This document shows positions 1-13,100 of a stretch of 64,000 nucleotides of DNA, in pieces (within the stretch, counting starts at the first letter, position 1; the number at the start of each line of letters is the position of its first letter). The DNA comes from Eledone cirrhosa. Lineage: Eukaryota. A model generated the notes under the pieces. The model did not search any database and was not told the origin of the DNA. It saw nothing but the letters and a program-made list of their open reading frames with translations. The DNA lies in assembly GCA_964016885.1 (NCBI GenBank), contig OZ024747.1, positions 3,596,001-3,660,000 on the forward strand, given 5' to 3'. The position numbers and the translations under genes were made by a program.

Positions 1-976
1 TATGGCAGGCTACAATACTAAAAAATATCCAAGGTAATTTTCAAATGAGGTGTGCTATTTAGGAAGCCAAAGGGGCCCCATGTGGCAGAAGGACCCCAGT
101 TTGCCCATGACTGTTCTAGAGGTTGAGTAGGTATGTCTCTATTGATTGATATAATGTCTTTTATGATGCTAAAACTCTGTGACATTAGTTAAGTGACTCA
201 TCACAAATTATGAAAACTGTCATTTGTTCTATTTTTTCAAATAATCATGTCTATTGTATTCCCACTATAACTATTATTATATCTAAAATAATAAAATTGT
301 AACTAACCCCTAACAGAAGTCCCTTCTTGATTCCTATACATATAGTGTTATGTTATAAACTTTCTCCCTAAACCACATAAAGTAAGGTCTAATGCATGAG
401 CTCAGCAGAGGATATTTAGTTTATGTAACAAAATACAAAGGAGAATGATGTTCAAAGAGTTTCTTTTACTTTCCCCAGGTTTGTGAAAGCATTTGTACTT
501 AACGGTTAAATTAATATAAAGACTTGATAATAATAAATACGACAGGGAACAGTATCTCTTCATAAAACATATTTAGACTTTGATGGACTGGACTAGTCAG
601 AGTTAGGGTTCTTTGCCAGAATCATGGTGCCATATCAGGGACACAACAGGACAGTGGTAAGTTGGCATCAATTCAACCAGCTGTGTCTTCCAACCTTTAC
701 TAAACTCACTCCACATTTTACTCTCTAAAATAATGAAAATAAAAAAATTTTTTCACAGTCAAGTTAGTTAATGTCAGCAATTTTATTACAGTCACTTAGT
801 AATATTATCCATATTATCCATCACTTAGTAATATTATCCATATATAACATGTTTATATACAATAAACATTTAAGTAGCTTTGATGCCAAAAACTATACTT
901 TTTTGGTAACGAAACATTTTTTATTTTTATCTATTTTCCTCAGTGAATATATCACTGAATTTCCATTATGTTCTGG

Positions 977-1029
977 GAGTGTCATACAGTATTGTTTCAA
1001 GGTTTGTTAATTTTTCATCAGTGACATTC
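977..1029 (-). ncRNA. Type I hammerhead ribozyme motif (intact core, weak stem II)
   Basis: Minus strand reads TGTCA-CTGATGA-aaaattaacaaacctt-GAAAC-aatact-GTA^TGACA. Stem I is TGTCA/TGACA, both core motifs are intact and the cleavage triplet is GUA. Stem II has only 2 A-U pairs. Confidence 0.6.
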
Positions 1030-1326
1030 ACTTGAAACTGGCCTGAAATAGACTAGAGTCAATGTAGAATTTTGCGTGATGTTTGCTTACTGGAGATGTT
1101 CATTTGCATATAGCAAACAGAAAACATCGGCTGGAGATGTTCATTTACATATCATCATCAGTTGTTGATTCTGGGAAAATAAGTACATCAGAATCTCCAT
1201 GACTCTAGTAGTTGTAAAGTTCTGATAAGTATTTGGTCCCCCCCTTCATATTGTCTTCACTATCCATGAGGAGGTTTACCTTGTCTGTCCAGCTAAGTTT
1301 CAGCTTATGGGGTTTCATCAAATATT

Positions 1327-1479
1327 TCAATAGTTAGAAGACCCTTTCTTTGATTTTGGGGGATCGTGTTTCAAAACCCTCTTTTTATTTCTTCTTTTTT
1401 TTTGGTCTTTTCGTCTCTTTTCTGGTATGTGGGATTGTGAAAATATTATCTCTCTGTAGTTAATGTTATATAAGTTCAT
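1327..1479 (-). CDS. Possible terminal exon or short ORF of an unidentified minus-strand gene (MNLYNINYREIIFSQSHIPEKRRKDQKKRRNKKRVLKHDPPKSKKGSSNY*)
   Basis: Pyrimidine-rich acceptor TTTTTGGTATCTGTTTATAG precedes an open basic reading frame, in a microsatellite-free region. No homology recognised. Confidence 0.2.
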   Translation of the reverse strand: MNLYNINYREIIFSQSHIPEKRRKDQKKRRNKKRVLKHDPPKSKKGSSNY

Positions 1480-1542
1480 CTATAAACAGATACCAAAAAC
1501 TAAAATACATATATACATATGACATACTACTAATAGAAATAT

Positions 1543-1765
1543 TTAACCCTTTAGCATTTACATTACTCTATATATGCTATTGTATTTTTGCATTAAAGGC
1601 TTTATCTCACATAATTATCTCACATAATATCGAATCTATGAGATTTTTATATGATTTATTTTGAGAACAATACCTTAACATCAGTATGAGGAGCGGGTTG
1701 GGGCTAGTTTGAACAGAAAGAGATGAGAGAATTCAGGCCGAATATGGCCAGTTTAAATTGGTAAA
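1543..1765. mobile_element. piggyBac-like MITE, one end degenerate
   Basis: Starts TTAA-CCCTTTAGCATTTA. The internal sequence is the reverse complement of the copies at 3622 and 11928. Confidence 0.7.
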
Positions 1766-2350
1766 AATCCAAAAAGTCATGGCAGCTAAACAACATATTA
1801 TATTTCGACAGTACGGTTTTGAAATTCTCATGAATGGAGAATATATTTATGAAGTTTTAATATTTTGATATTTAAAATGTTTTAAGAGTCATAATGATTT
1901 TTTTACCAATTTCCAACAGGTTTAAGGCCATATACCTTCAAAACAGATAAAATCAAGAGAAATTTCACCTCTAAAGTGAAACTGTTGTAATATTCACCTT
2001 CAACATGAAACTATTTTAGTGCCTCATTTATGTAGAATTTGAAATGAATCAAAATTGGCAAAATATTGACCTCGAATATAAGCCGAACCTCCCCTGCCTC
2101 ATTTTACAATTGAATTTTTTGTAATGTTTTTCTCAGATTATATACAAATATATCTGGTAATTGTTCTTTTTTCATCCTGGGATTGAACCTGTTTCTCCTG
2201 ATTTTTAAATTAATTATTATATGAGTCATATTTAAACAATCAAATTTGTAAAATAAGATAATTTTGCCTGCTGTTTTAGACAAAGCCCACCACACTTTGA
2301 TGAAGTACCCTGCACACAAAGCATAACTCCTCATAGCATAAAAACTTTAC

Positions 2351-2447
2351 CTTGTTTTATAAAATTTTCCAATTGTTTTTTGCTAATGCATATTATAACT
2401 AGATTCCTGAAACTGAAGTATTTTTCCCTTTTCTTTAACTTAAAAAC
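2351..2447 (-). CDS. Possible internal exon (VFKLKKREKYFSFRNLVIICISKKQLENFIKQ)
   Basis: TTTTTAG acceptor, AAG|GTAAAG donor and one open frame. No recognisable homology. Confidence 0.2.
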
Positions 2448-3299
2448 CTAAAAACTGCTTGAAACTGAAGATCTCAGAATTAACTAATTTTCTTTTTGTT
2501 TTATTTATTAATAAAAGGTCAGAATCATAATGTGAACATGCTTTTATCTTCATTTTGAAATTTTATAATTGATAAAAGAGATGTTTTCATGCATCAAAAT
2601 GAGGTCAAGGCTGTAGTGAGGAATACACAAGAAAAATGTGAACTCAAATTGAAATAGAATTTAAAATACAATTGTAATTTTTTTTATCAATTTTCAATTT
2701 AGAATTTAATATTTTCCCTCAAATTGGGTCCAAATTTCTGTAGTTGTTTAAAAATATATTTTTTATAAAATTATTCCCTCTTGATTTTGGTTTATGAAAC
2801 CATCTGTTTTTACTAATTGTAAATTTTAAACTAAAATAGATCTCTCAAAATTGAAATTAAACCCAATCTCATTTTGTCAAATTGCTAAATTATAGGAGAC
2901 AACCATATGTACACACACAGATACACACACATGGATTGACGCACACAAATGTATAAATAATCATGTATACATTCATACCTACAAATATATATGTATATAA
3001 ACAAACATGGTGTATGCAGAGCCAATCTTTTTGACTTTTACAAAGTGCTGAGGAGATAAAGTTAATATATATGCAGTGTGTTTAAAAATGGAGATGAGCT
3101 CACCACTCTTTATGTTTAAGGAAAGGGCAAAAAAAAAAACACAAATGAAGAAATCTTGCCTTTTTCTTCACAGCTTCCCAATCAATTGATATAGATTTCA
3201 ACAATTTCAATAAGGAAGTCTTTATGTAGTCACATGACTTGCATGATGTCACTGCTAAATCTCCTTCACATCTCACTCTATCTATCATCTTGGTATATA

Positions 3300-3605
3300 T
3301 AAGGACATATTTGGATAATGTGATGGGTAGCATACACTACACCACTACACCACTACACTGGAACATCAAACAGAGTATATATAACTATGGTTGGATCATA
3401 GATTTGCTCAATCTGAGCTTGCCTGAGCTTAAACAACTACCTGCCATCTTGAAATACAAAGGACACATTTGGATAATGTGATGGGTAGCCTTGACTACAC
3501 CACTACACCTGAAAAACAAACAGAATGTAGCCATGATTGGCTGGATCATAGCTTTACGCGATCAGAGTTTGCCTGGTGTCAAACAACTACCTGCCATCTT
3601 GAAAT
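3300..3605 (+). repeat. Tandem pair of an unclassified interspersed repeat (SINE-like, AAC-rich tail); related pieces at 4045-4150, 55610-55777 and 7250-7330 (-)
   Basis: Two diverged copies of GGACACATTTGGATAATGTGATGGGTAGC...GGATCATAG...AAACAACTACCTGCCATCTTGAAATA. Confidence 0.7.
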
Positions 3606-3621
3606 AATACAAATAATACAT

Positions 3622-4042
3622 TTAGCCTTTAGCATTTGAATCAGCCATAACCAGCCAGAATTGTTTCACCTCTTTCTGTTGAAACTGGCCACTCATACTT
3701 ATGTTAAGGCATTGTTCTCAAAATAAATAATTGTTTCTACTTTTGGCACAAGGCCAGCAATTACCCAGTACATTACTGGTACTTTATTTTATCGACCCCG
3801 TAAGGATGAAAGGCAAAGTTAACCTCAGCGGAATTTGAACTCATACCATAAAGGGCCATAACTCTTTGCTGCAAAGCATGGTATCAGACCCTCTACCGAT
3901 ACTGCCAATCCACCACCATTCTCAAAATAAATAATATCAGAATCTCGTAGATTCGATATTATGTGAGGTAATTATGTGAGATAAAGCCTTTACCATGAAA
4001 ATACAAAAGTAAATATAGAGTAATGTAAATGCTAAAGGGTTA
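3622..4042. mobile_element. piggyBac-like MITE interrupted by a SINE
   Basis: Ends are CCTTTAGCATTT and TAAATGCTAAAGGGTT. A SINE is inserted at 3732-3918. Confidence 0.75.
3732..3918 (-). mobile_element. tRNA-derived SINE family A with 17-bp TSD
   Basis: Reverse complement of the 8605 copy. TSD TTCTCAAAATAAATAAT at 3715-3731 and 3919-3935. Confidence 0.9.
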
Positions 4043-4429
4043 GACCACCACTACACCTGAAAACAAACAAGGTACAACTAAGGTTGGATCATAGCTTTAC
4101 TCGATCAGAACTTGCCTAGGGTTAAACAACTACTACACCAACAACAATAACAACATAGATTCCAAATATGAAATTACTATTTTCATATCATTGGAAACAA
4201 AGAACATTTCATTCTTCTAAATCTTTATACTGACCATTTATTTTACATAATGTCCAATAATGATCATTTATTCTTCATATAATAGCCACTAGGAAATGAG
4301 TTAGATGGAAATAAAAATCATTGAACAGTGTTAAACTAGCTGTGTTTTGTAAGAGGGAAGTGAATGTTGGGCTTATGTGATTCTATAGAGTTGCTCAACT
4401 TCATTTATTGCATAAATTTATAGACGTAT

Positions 4430-5200
4430 GGATGTATTCGTGTATCTTTATTGGTCTATGTATGTGAGTGTCTGTGTGTGTATGTGTGTATATGTGAGTG
4501 TCTGTGAATGGATGTATTTGTGTATCTTTATTGGTCTATGTATGTGAGTGTCTGTGTGTGTATGTGTGTATATGTGAGTGTCTGTGAATGGATGTATTTG
4601 TGTATCTTTATTGGTCTATGTAGGTAGGTATGTATGTGTGTGTCTGTGAGTGTATGTGAGTGTGTGTGAGTATGTTTATTAATGAATGTATGTGTGTGTG
4701 TGTCTGTGTGTGTGTGAATGTATGTATTTGTGTATCTTTATTGGTGTATGTATGTATGTGTCTGTGAGTGTATGTGAATGTATGTTTATTAATGTATGTA
4801 TGTTTATTAGTGTATGTATGTAGGTATATGTGTGTATGGAGCTATATATATATATGTGTAGGTGTATGTGTGTATGTAGCTATATATATATGTAAGTATA
4901 TGTGTGTATGTAGCTATATATATGTAAGTATATGGGTGTATGTAGCTATATATATGTAAGTATATGTGTGTATGTAGCTATGTATATGTAAGTATATGGG
5001 TGTACATGAGTGTATGTGTGTATGTATGCATCTGTGAGTTTATGTATTCATGTGTGTGTATATATATATATGGCTGTGTATATATGTGTGTATATATAGG
5101 TGTGTGTGTATCTGTGAGTATATATGTGTGTGTGTGTATATATATATACATATGTATGTGTGTTCATTTGTGCATATGTTGTGTATATGTATCTATGAAT
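4430..5200. repeat. (TG/TA)-rich degenerate microsatellite with an 80-bp tandem duplication at about 4430-4620
   Basis: Repeated GATGTATTTGTGTATCTTTATTGGTCTATG blocks 80 bp apart, followed by GTAT/GTGT runs. Confidence 0.85.
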
Positions 5201-5429
5201 CTGTCTGTAGATGTGTTGAGATTTTGAATATAATATACGTGTCTCTGTGCATTTTGTTGTTGCTGTTGTTGTTGTTATTATTATTATCTACTGTCGACTA
5301 AGCCAAGTCACTGATTTAACTATTTATGAGGTTTATCATCTAATATATATACATATATATATATATGTGCGTGTGTATATGTATGTGAAGTTGTGTAATC
5401 TTATATATATATATTTATTCATGTGTCAT

Positions 5430-5575
5430 GTCTACATGGTTAAAGAGTTAGATTCACAATTGTGAGGTTGTGAGTTCAATTCAAAGGCCAGGCAATGCAT
5501 TATGTTCTTGAGTAAGACACTTTATTTCACATTGCTCTTTCTGCCAGGAGTTGTAACCAGTAGATAGTATTACCA
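5430..5575 (+). mobile_element. tRNA-head SINE family B, 5' part (diverged)
   Basis: B-box-like GTGAGTTCAATTC followed by TTCTTGAGTAAGACACTTTATTTCACATTGCTC. Homologous to 62748-62895. Confidence 0.7.
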
Positions 5576-5659
5576 CATTGTTTCTTTGGTCTGAACTGAT
5601 GAGTTCCACCCCACTCAGCAAGCAAATCAGGCCTGGGATCTTGTCGATATATATATATA

Positions 5660-6890
5660 ACCGCAATGACAGAGGACGGAGACATCGTTATGCTAGCAGG
5701 GGACTTCAATGGTCATGTTGGACAGCTCCAGGATGGTTACACTGGGGTACATGGTGGGCACGGTTACGGCTCAAGAAAGGAAGAAGGAGTGAGATTTCTT
5801 GAATTTTGTGATGCGGGTACACTGAGTATTTGCAGCACAAACTTCCAGAAACCTGCCAATCACCTAATAACCTACAAATCTGGTGAGCACATAAGCCAGA
5901 TTGACTTCTTACTAGTTAGGCAGCAGCACAGGCAGATAGTGTCTAATACCAAGGCATACCCTGGGGAAGAATGTACCCCATAGCATAGGTTAGTCGTTAG
6001 TGATATCTCAGTAAGCAAGAGATGGAATGAGACATACAGGAAGGTGTGGAAAAGAAAGGCCTGGAAGCTAAAAGACCTTTCACTAAAATACAAATTTAGG
6101 AAAGCCCTTCAAGATGTATATGACGAAAAAGAAGACAATTTAGAGACGTATGACATAGATAATAACTGGAATTTCTTACATGGCAACTTGCTGCAGGCTA
6201 CTCATGAAACTTATGGCCGGAGCAGAGCTCCAACCAGACAGAGAGTGACCTGGTGGTGGAACAGCACAGTAGATAAGACCATTAGAGACAAAAGACTAGC
6301 ACAGAAGGCTTGGAAAAAGGGTGGGAGTAGGGAAGAATATACAGCCGCTAAGAGAGAAGCTAGACGTCAGGTGTACTTAGCACGCAGGGAGGCTGAAAGT
6401 AGGAGGTTTGCCAATGTTCTGCAATGGGAAGATCAGAGGCGTGCAGTGTTCCACATTGCAAGGCAGTATGTCAATGCAAATCAGGATGTTGTTGGAGATA
6501 AATGTGTCCGGGATGATGCCGGTGTACTTAGTGTCACGAATGATCAGAAAAAGGAGGCCTGGAAATGTCATTATGAGAGACTGATGAATGTGGAGAACGA
6601 ATGGGAGAGAGAGAAATTACCCTCAGTAGATCCGACAGACAGACCAGCTATTGAGATTGACGAATATAGGGTCCAAGAGGCGATTAAGGAAATGAAAAAT
6701 GGTAAGGCTGCTGGACCATCGGGAATAGTTGCTGAGATGCTGAAGGCATCAGGGGATGTAGGCACTAAACTGGTTGCACGCATCATCAATCAGGCTATAT
6801 ATGGTGCAGCAGTATTCTCATAAATTGCTACAAAGGTAAAGGGGATGCTCTGGAGAGGAGCAATTATAGGGGTATAAAACTGATGGATCA
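5660..6890 (+). pseudogene. RTE-clade non-LTR retrotransposon ORF fragment (C-terminal APE endonuclease, linker, start of RT)
   Basis: Motifs GDFNGHVG, TYKSG..SQIDFLL, HRLVV, TWWWN, KAAGPSGIVAEMLKA and YKGKGDALERSNYRGIKL. In-frame TAG at 5981-5983, frame break near 6820, truncated at both ends. Confidence 0.92.
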
Positions 6891-7544
6891 AGCCGTCAAA
6901 ACAGCCTGAGCTCTGCCGTTGGGGTCAAACATTTTCCTATATATATATACTGTTTGTTATATATATATATATATATGATTATGTCATTTATTTTGTCTGA
7001 ACTGTTTAGCTTGACTTGTATTTTGGCTTAGGTGGTTAATGGCTTCTTGACTGCCTTCTCAGTTTGTATGGCCTTTATAACCTATGTTTATTGCTCTGCT
7101 CTTTTTTAGCCCATGGAGCGCTTGCCAGCATTTCTTGGAATTTGCTATTTCTATCCGCCGAAATGCGATTCTCGCTGAATTTATACTTATTTATATATAT
7201 ATATATATATTTATACTTATTTATATATATATATATAAATAAATAATTTTATTGTTTAGTTCCAGGTCATCCTTGATGCTGTATACCTCTTATCAAAGAC
7301 ACTCCAATTATGGCTATCCTATATTTTTCCTATGTCTCAAGAATCTTAGGCCAACTTATTCTAAGATGGCTGAAAGGGATTTCAGAGATGTTTAGTTCTT
7401 AATGTTGAGCATCTTATTCTTATTCTCTGTCACAATGTGAAGTTGGTTTTTAAATATGAAGTCAAGTCAGAGCTTCTGTTACAGTTTTGGGATTGTGTGT
7501 GGGGCGTCTTAAATATATATACTGTACATATATATTACATTATA

Positions 7545-10500
7545 TATTATCTGTTATTACATGTATATTATATATTATATGTTATTACATGTATATTATA
7601 TATTATATATGTTGTTACATGTATATTATATATTATATGTTATTACATGTATATTATATATTATATATGTTGTTACATGTATATTATATATTATATGTTA
7701 TTACATGTATATTATATATTATATATGTTGTTACATGTATATTATATATTATATGTTATTACATGTATATTATATATTATATATGTTGTTACATGTATAT
7801 TATATATTATATGTTATTACATGTATATTATATATTATATATGTTGTTACATGTATATTATATATTATATGTTATTACATGTATATTATATATTATATAT
7901 GTTGTTACATGTATATTATATAGTATATGTTATTACATGTATATTATATATTATATATGTTATTACATGTATATTATATAGTATATGTTATTACATGTAT
8001 ATTATATATGTTATTACATGTATATTATATAGTATATGTTATTACATGTATATTATATATTATATATGTTATTACATGTATATTATATATTATATATGTT
8101 ATTACATGTATATTATATATTATATATGTTATTACATGTATATTATATATTATATATGTTATTACATGTATATTATATATTATATATGTTGTTACATGTA
8201 TATTACATTATATATTATATATGTTGTTACATGTATATTATATATTATATATGTTATTACATGTATATTATATATTATATATGTTATTACATGTATATTA
8301 CATTATATATTATATATGTTGTTACATGTATATTATATATTATATATGTTATTACATGTATATTATATATTATATATGTTATTACATGTATATTACATTA
8401 TATATTATATATGTTGTTACATGTATATTATATATTATATATGTTATTACATGTATATTATATATTATATATGTTGTTACATGTATATTACATTATATAT
8501 TATATATGTTATTACATGTACATTATATATTATATATGTTATTACATGTATACTATATATTATATATGTTGTTACATGTATATTATATATTATATATTAT
8601 ATAAGGGTGGTGGATTGGCAGTATCGGTAGAGGGTCAGACGCCATGCTTTCCAGCATAGTTACCTCCCTTTACGATCTGAGTTCAAATCCCGCCAAGGTT
8701 GACTTTGCCTTTCATCCTCACGGGGTCGATAAAATAAAGTACCAGTAATGCACTGGTTAATTGCTGGCCTTGTGCCTAAAGTAGAAACAATTATATATTA
8801 TATATGTTATTTCATGCACATTTTATATTATATATGTTATTTCATGTACATTATATATTATATATGTTATTACATGTACATTATATATTATATATGTTAT
8901 TACATGTATATTATATATTATATATGTTATTACATGTATATTATATATTATATATGTTATTACATGTATATTATATATTATATATGTTGTTACATGTATA
9001 TTATATATTATATATGTTATTACATGTACATTATATATTATATATGTTATTACATGTATATTATATATTATATATGTTGTTACATGTATATTATATATTA
9101 TTACATGTATATTATATATTATATATGTTGTTACATGTACATTATATATTATATATGTTATTACATGTATATTATATATTATATATGTTATTACATGTAT
9201 ATTATATATTATATATTTTATTACATGTATATTATACATTATATATTATATATGTTATTTCATGTACATTATATATTATATATGTTATTACATGTATATT
9301 ATATATTATATATGTTATTACATGTATATTATATATTATATATTTTATTACATGTATATTATACATTATATATTATATATGTTATTTCATGTACATTATA
9401 TATTATATATGTTATTACATGTATATTATATATTATATATGTTATTACATGTACATTATATATTATATATGTTATTACATGTATATTATATATTATATAT
9501 TATATATGTTATTACATGTATATTATATATTATATATGTTATTACATGTATATTATATATTATATATTATATATGTTATTACATATATATAATATATTTT
9601 ATTACATGTATATTATACATTATATATTATATATGTTATTACATGTATATTATATATTATATATGTTATTACATGTATATTATATATTATATATTTTATT
9701 ACATGTATATTATACATTATATATTATATATGTTATTACATGTATATTACATATTATATATGTTATTACATGTACATTATATATTATATATGTTATTACA
9801 TGTATATTATATATTATATATGTTATTACATGTATATTACATATTATATATGTTATTACATGTATATTATATATTACATATGTTATTACATGTACATTAT
9901 ATATTATATATGTTATTACATGTACATTATATATTATATATGTTATTACATGTACATTATATATTATATATGTTATTACATGTATATTACATATTATATA
10001 TGTTATTACATGTATATTATATATTATATATGTTATTACATGTATATTATATATTATATATTATATATGTTATTACATATACATTATATATTATATATGT
10101 TATTTCATGTACATTATATATTATATATGTTATTACATGTATATTATATATTATATATGTTATTACATGTATATTATATATTATATATTTTATTACATGT
10201 ATATTATATATTATATATGTTATTACATGTACATTATATATTATATATGTTATTACATGTATATTACATATTATATATGTTATTACATGTATATTATATA
10301 TTATATATGTTATTACATGTATATTATATATTATATATTATATATGTTATTACATGTATATTATATATTATATATTATATATGTTATTACATGTATATTA
10401 TATATTATATATGTTATTACATGTATATTACATATTATATATGTTATTACATGTATATTATATATTATATATGTTATTACATGTATATTATATATTATAC

Positions 10501-11725
10501 ATTATATATGTTATTACATGTATATTATATATTATATATGTTATTACATGTATATTATATATTATATATGTTATTACATGTACATTATATATTATATATG
10601 TTATTACATGTATATTATATATTATATATGTTATTACATCTATATTATATATTATATATGTTATTACATGTATACTATATATTATATATGTTATTACATG
10701 TATATTATATATTATAAATGTTATTACATGTATATTATATATTATATATGTTATTACATGTATATTATATATTATATATGTTATTACATGTATATTATAT
10801 ATTATATGTTATTACATGTACATTATATATTATATATGTTATTACATGTACATTATATATTATATATGTTATTACATGTATATTACATATTATATATGTT
10901 ATTACATGTACATTATATATTATATATGTTATTACATGTTCATTATATATTATATATGTTATTACATGTATATTACATGTATATTACATTATATATTATA
11001 TATGTTATTACATGTACATTGTATATTATATATGTTATTACATGTATATTACATATTATATATGTTATTACATGTACATTATATATTATATATGTTATTA
11101 CATGTATATTACATTATATATTATATATGTTATTACATGTATATTACATTATATATTATATATGTTATTACATGTACATTATATATTATATATGTTATTA
11201 CATGTATATTACATTATATATTATATATGTTATTACATGTACATTATATATTATATATGTTGTTACATGTATATTATATATTATATATGTTATTACATGT
11301 ATATTATATATTATATATGTTGTTACATGTACATTATATATTATAGATGTTATTACATGTATATTATATATTATATATGTTATTACATGTATATTATATA
11401 TTATATATGTTATTACATGTATATTATATATTATATATGTTATTACATGTATATTATATATTATATATGTTATTATATGTATATTATATATTATATATGT
11501 TGTTACATGTACATTATATATTATATATGTTATTACATGTATATTACATATTACATATGTTATTACATGTACATTATATATTATATATGTTATTACATGT
11601 ATATTACATTATATATTATATATGTTATTACATGTATATTACATTACATATTATATATGTTATTACATGTATATTACATTATATATTATATATGTTATTA
11701 CATGTACATTATATATTATATATGT
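7545..11725. repeat. AT-rich satellite, about 30-bp unit (TATATGTTATTACATGTATATTATATATTA), split by a SINE at 8605-8793
   Basis: More than 100 tandem units are directly visible. They explain all YIIYYICYYM-type ORFs. Confidence 0.97.
8605..8793 (+). mobile_element. tRNA-derived SINE family A, full length
   Basis: A-box-like TGGCAGTATCGG, B-box GAGTTCAAATCCC, central TTTGCCTTTCATCCT..GGGGTCGATAAAATAAAGTACCAG domain, 3' end GTAGAAACAATTA. Confidence 0.9.
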
Positions 11726-11927
11726 CTTGTAAGGACCAAGATCATTCAACATGTTTCCACACTGCTGGAGGGACTTAAACCCCAGAAGCTCCCTAGCATA
11801 GGAAGGCTTGTAACTGTATGCAACATGAGTTTCTTTCAGTTTCTGCTGGATATACAGCATAATAATTGAAACTCTCTGTCTGTGGGTTTCGGTTTCGTTT
11901 GAAAATAATCAAAGAATTTGGAAGGAT

Positions 11928-12552
11928 TTAACCCTTTAGCATTTAAACTGGCCATATCTGGCCAGAATTCTCTCACCTCTATTTGTTTAAACCTGCTGTA
12001 ATTGGCCACTCATACTGATGTTAAGGTATTGTTTTCAACATTTATAATATCAAAATCTCATAGATTCGATATTATGTTAGATAGGTATGTGAAAATATAA
12101 TAGTATCATCATCATCATCATCATTTTACATCCGCTTTTTCCTTGCTTGCAAGGGTGGGACGGGAACTGATTCTGGCTTGATTTCTACAGCTGGATGCCC
12201 TTCCTAACACCAACCTCATTTACAGTGAGTGCTGGGTGCTTTTTTTTCCATGGCGCCTACACGTCCACTTTACAGTGTGGGCTGGGTGCTTTTTTGCCGT
12301 GGCACCTCCATGTCCACTTTGCAGTGGAACGATAGGGACCCCAGTCCCTATCATCTCATTTCTACAGCTGAGTAAACTGGAGCAATGTGAAATAAAGTGT
12401 CTTGCTCAAGGAAACAACACATCACCCGGTCTGAGAATTGAACTCACAACCTTCGATTGCAAGCCCAATGCTCTAACCATTAAGCCATGTGCGTCCTATA
12501 TATGTGAAAATATAATAGTATATATGGAGTAATGTAAATGCTAAAGGGTTAA
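11928..12552. mobile_element. piggyBac-like MITE with TTAA target duplication, carrying a nested SINE
   Basis: TTAA|CCCTTTAGCATTTA ... TAAATGCTAAAGGG|TTAA perfect terminal inverted repeats. Confidence 0.88.
12107..12497 (-). mobile_element. SINE family B (tRNA head, CORE-like body, RTE-derived tail, (GAT)n) with 21-bp TSD
   Basis: TSD TATGTGAAAATATAATAGTAT at 12086-12106 and 12501-12521. Nearly identical to 21692-22039. Confidence 0.9.
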
Positions 12553-12742
12553 TAATGTAATTAAATTTCTTCATTATAAAGTTGGTGTTTAGGACCTAAT
12601 GAAGTGTTTTTAGACAATGTTGTAATGGAAGGATTCAATTTAAATATCAACTTCTCTTGTGTTAGATGACAGACATGCTATATGGCTGATTAATTAAATG
12701 ATTTGCATGTCATTGTTTCATTATTATGTCTTTCAAAGTATT

Positions 12743-12921
12743 TGGATTGGCAGTATCGGTAGATGCCATGCTTTGACGCATAGAGTTACGGCCCTTGCCA
12801 TTCTGAGTTCAAATCCTGCTGAGGTTAACTTTGCCTTTCATCCTTACGGGGTCGATAAAATAAAGTAGCAGTAATACACTGGGATAATTGCTGGCCTTGT
12901 GCCAAAAGTAGAAACAATTAT
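12743..12921 (+). mobile_element. SINE family A
   Basis: Same sequence as 8605-8793, with an imperfect flanking duplication GTCTTT(T)CAAAGT. Confidence 0.88.
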
Positions 12922-13004
12922 TTTGTCTTTCAAAGTTAATAATACCTATGGTAATTACCCCTTACAGGAATAGTGTGTCATTAGTGTTAACATCCTTATA
13001 CATT

Positions 13005-13100
13005 CAGGGGTGAATTTAATGAGGGGCAACTGGAGCAATTGCCCCAAACACCCTGCAGGGGGGGGGGGGGTACCACCAGTGACAGCCGTAACAATTTATT
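13005..13100. mobile_element. Short interspersed repeat with CAGGG terminus (possible hAT-type MITE remnant); second copy at 20260-20375
   Basis: Both copies share CAGGG...ATTTAATG...GGAGCAATTGCCCC...CAATTTATTTG.GCCCTCAGCTGGGC. Confidence 0.45.

Noticed and set aside
7437-11869. Long Tyr/Ile/Cys-rich ORFs
   Set aside because: Translations of the 30-bp satellite, open in all plus frames.
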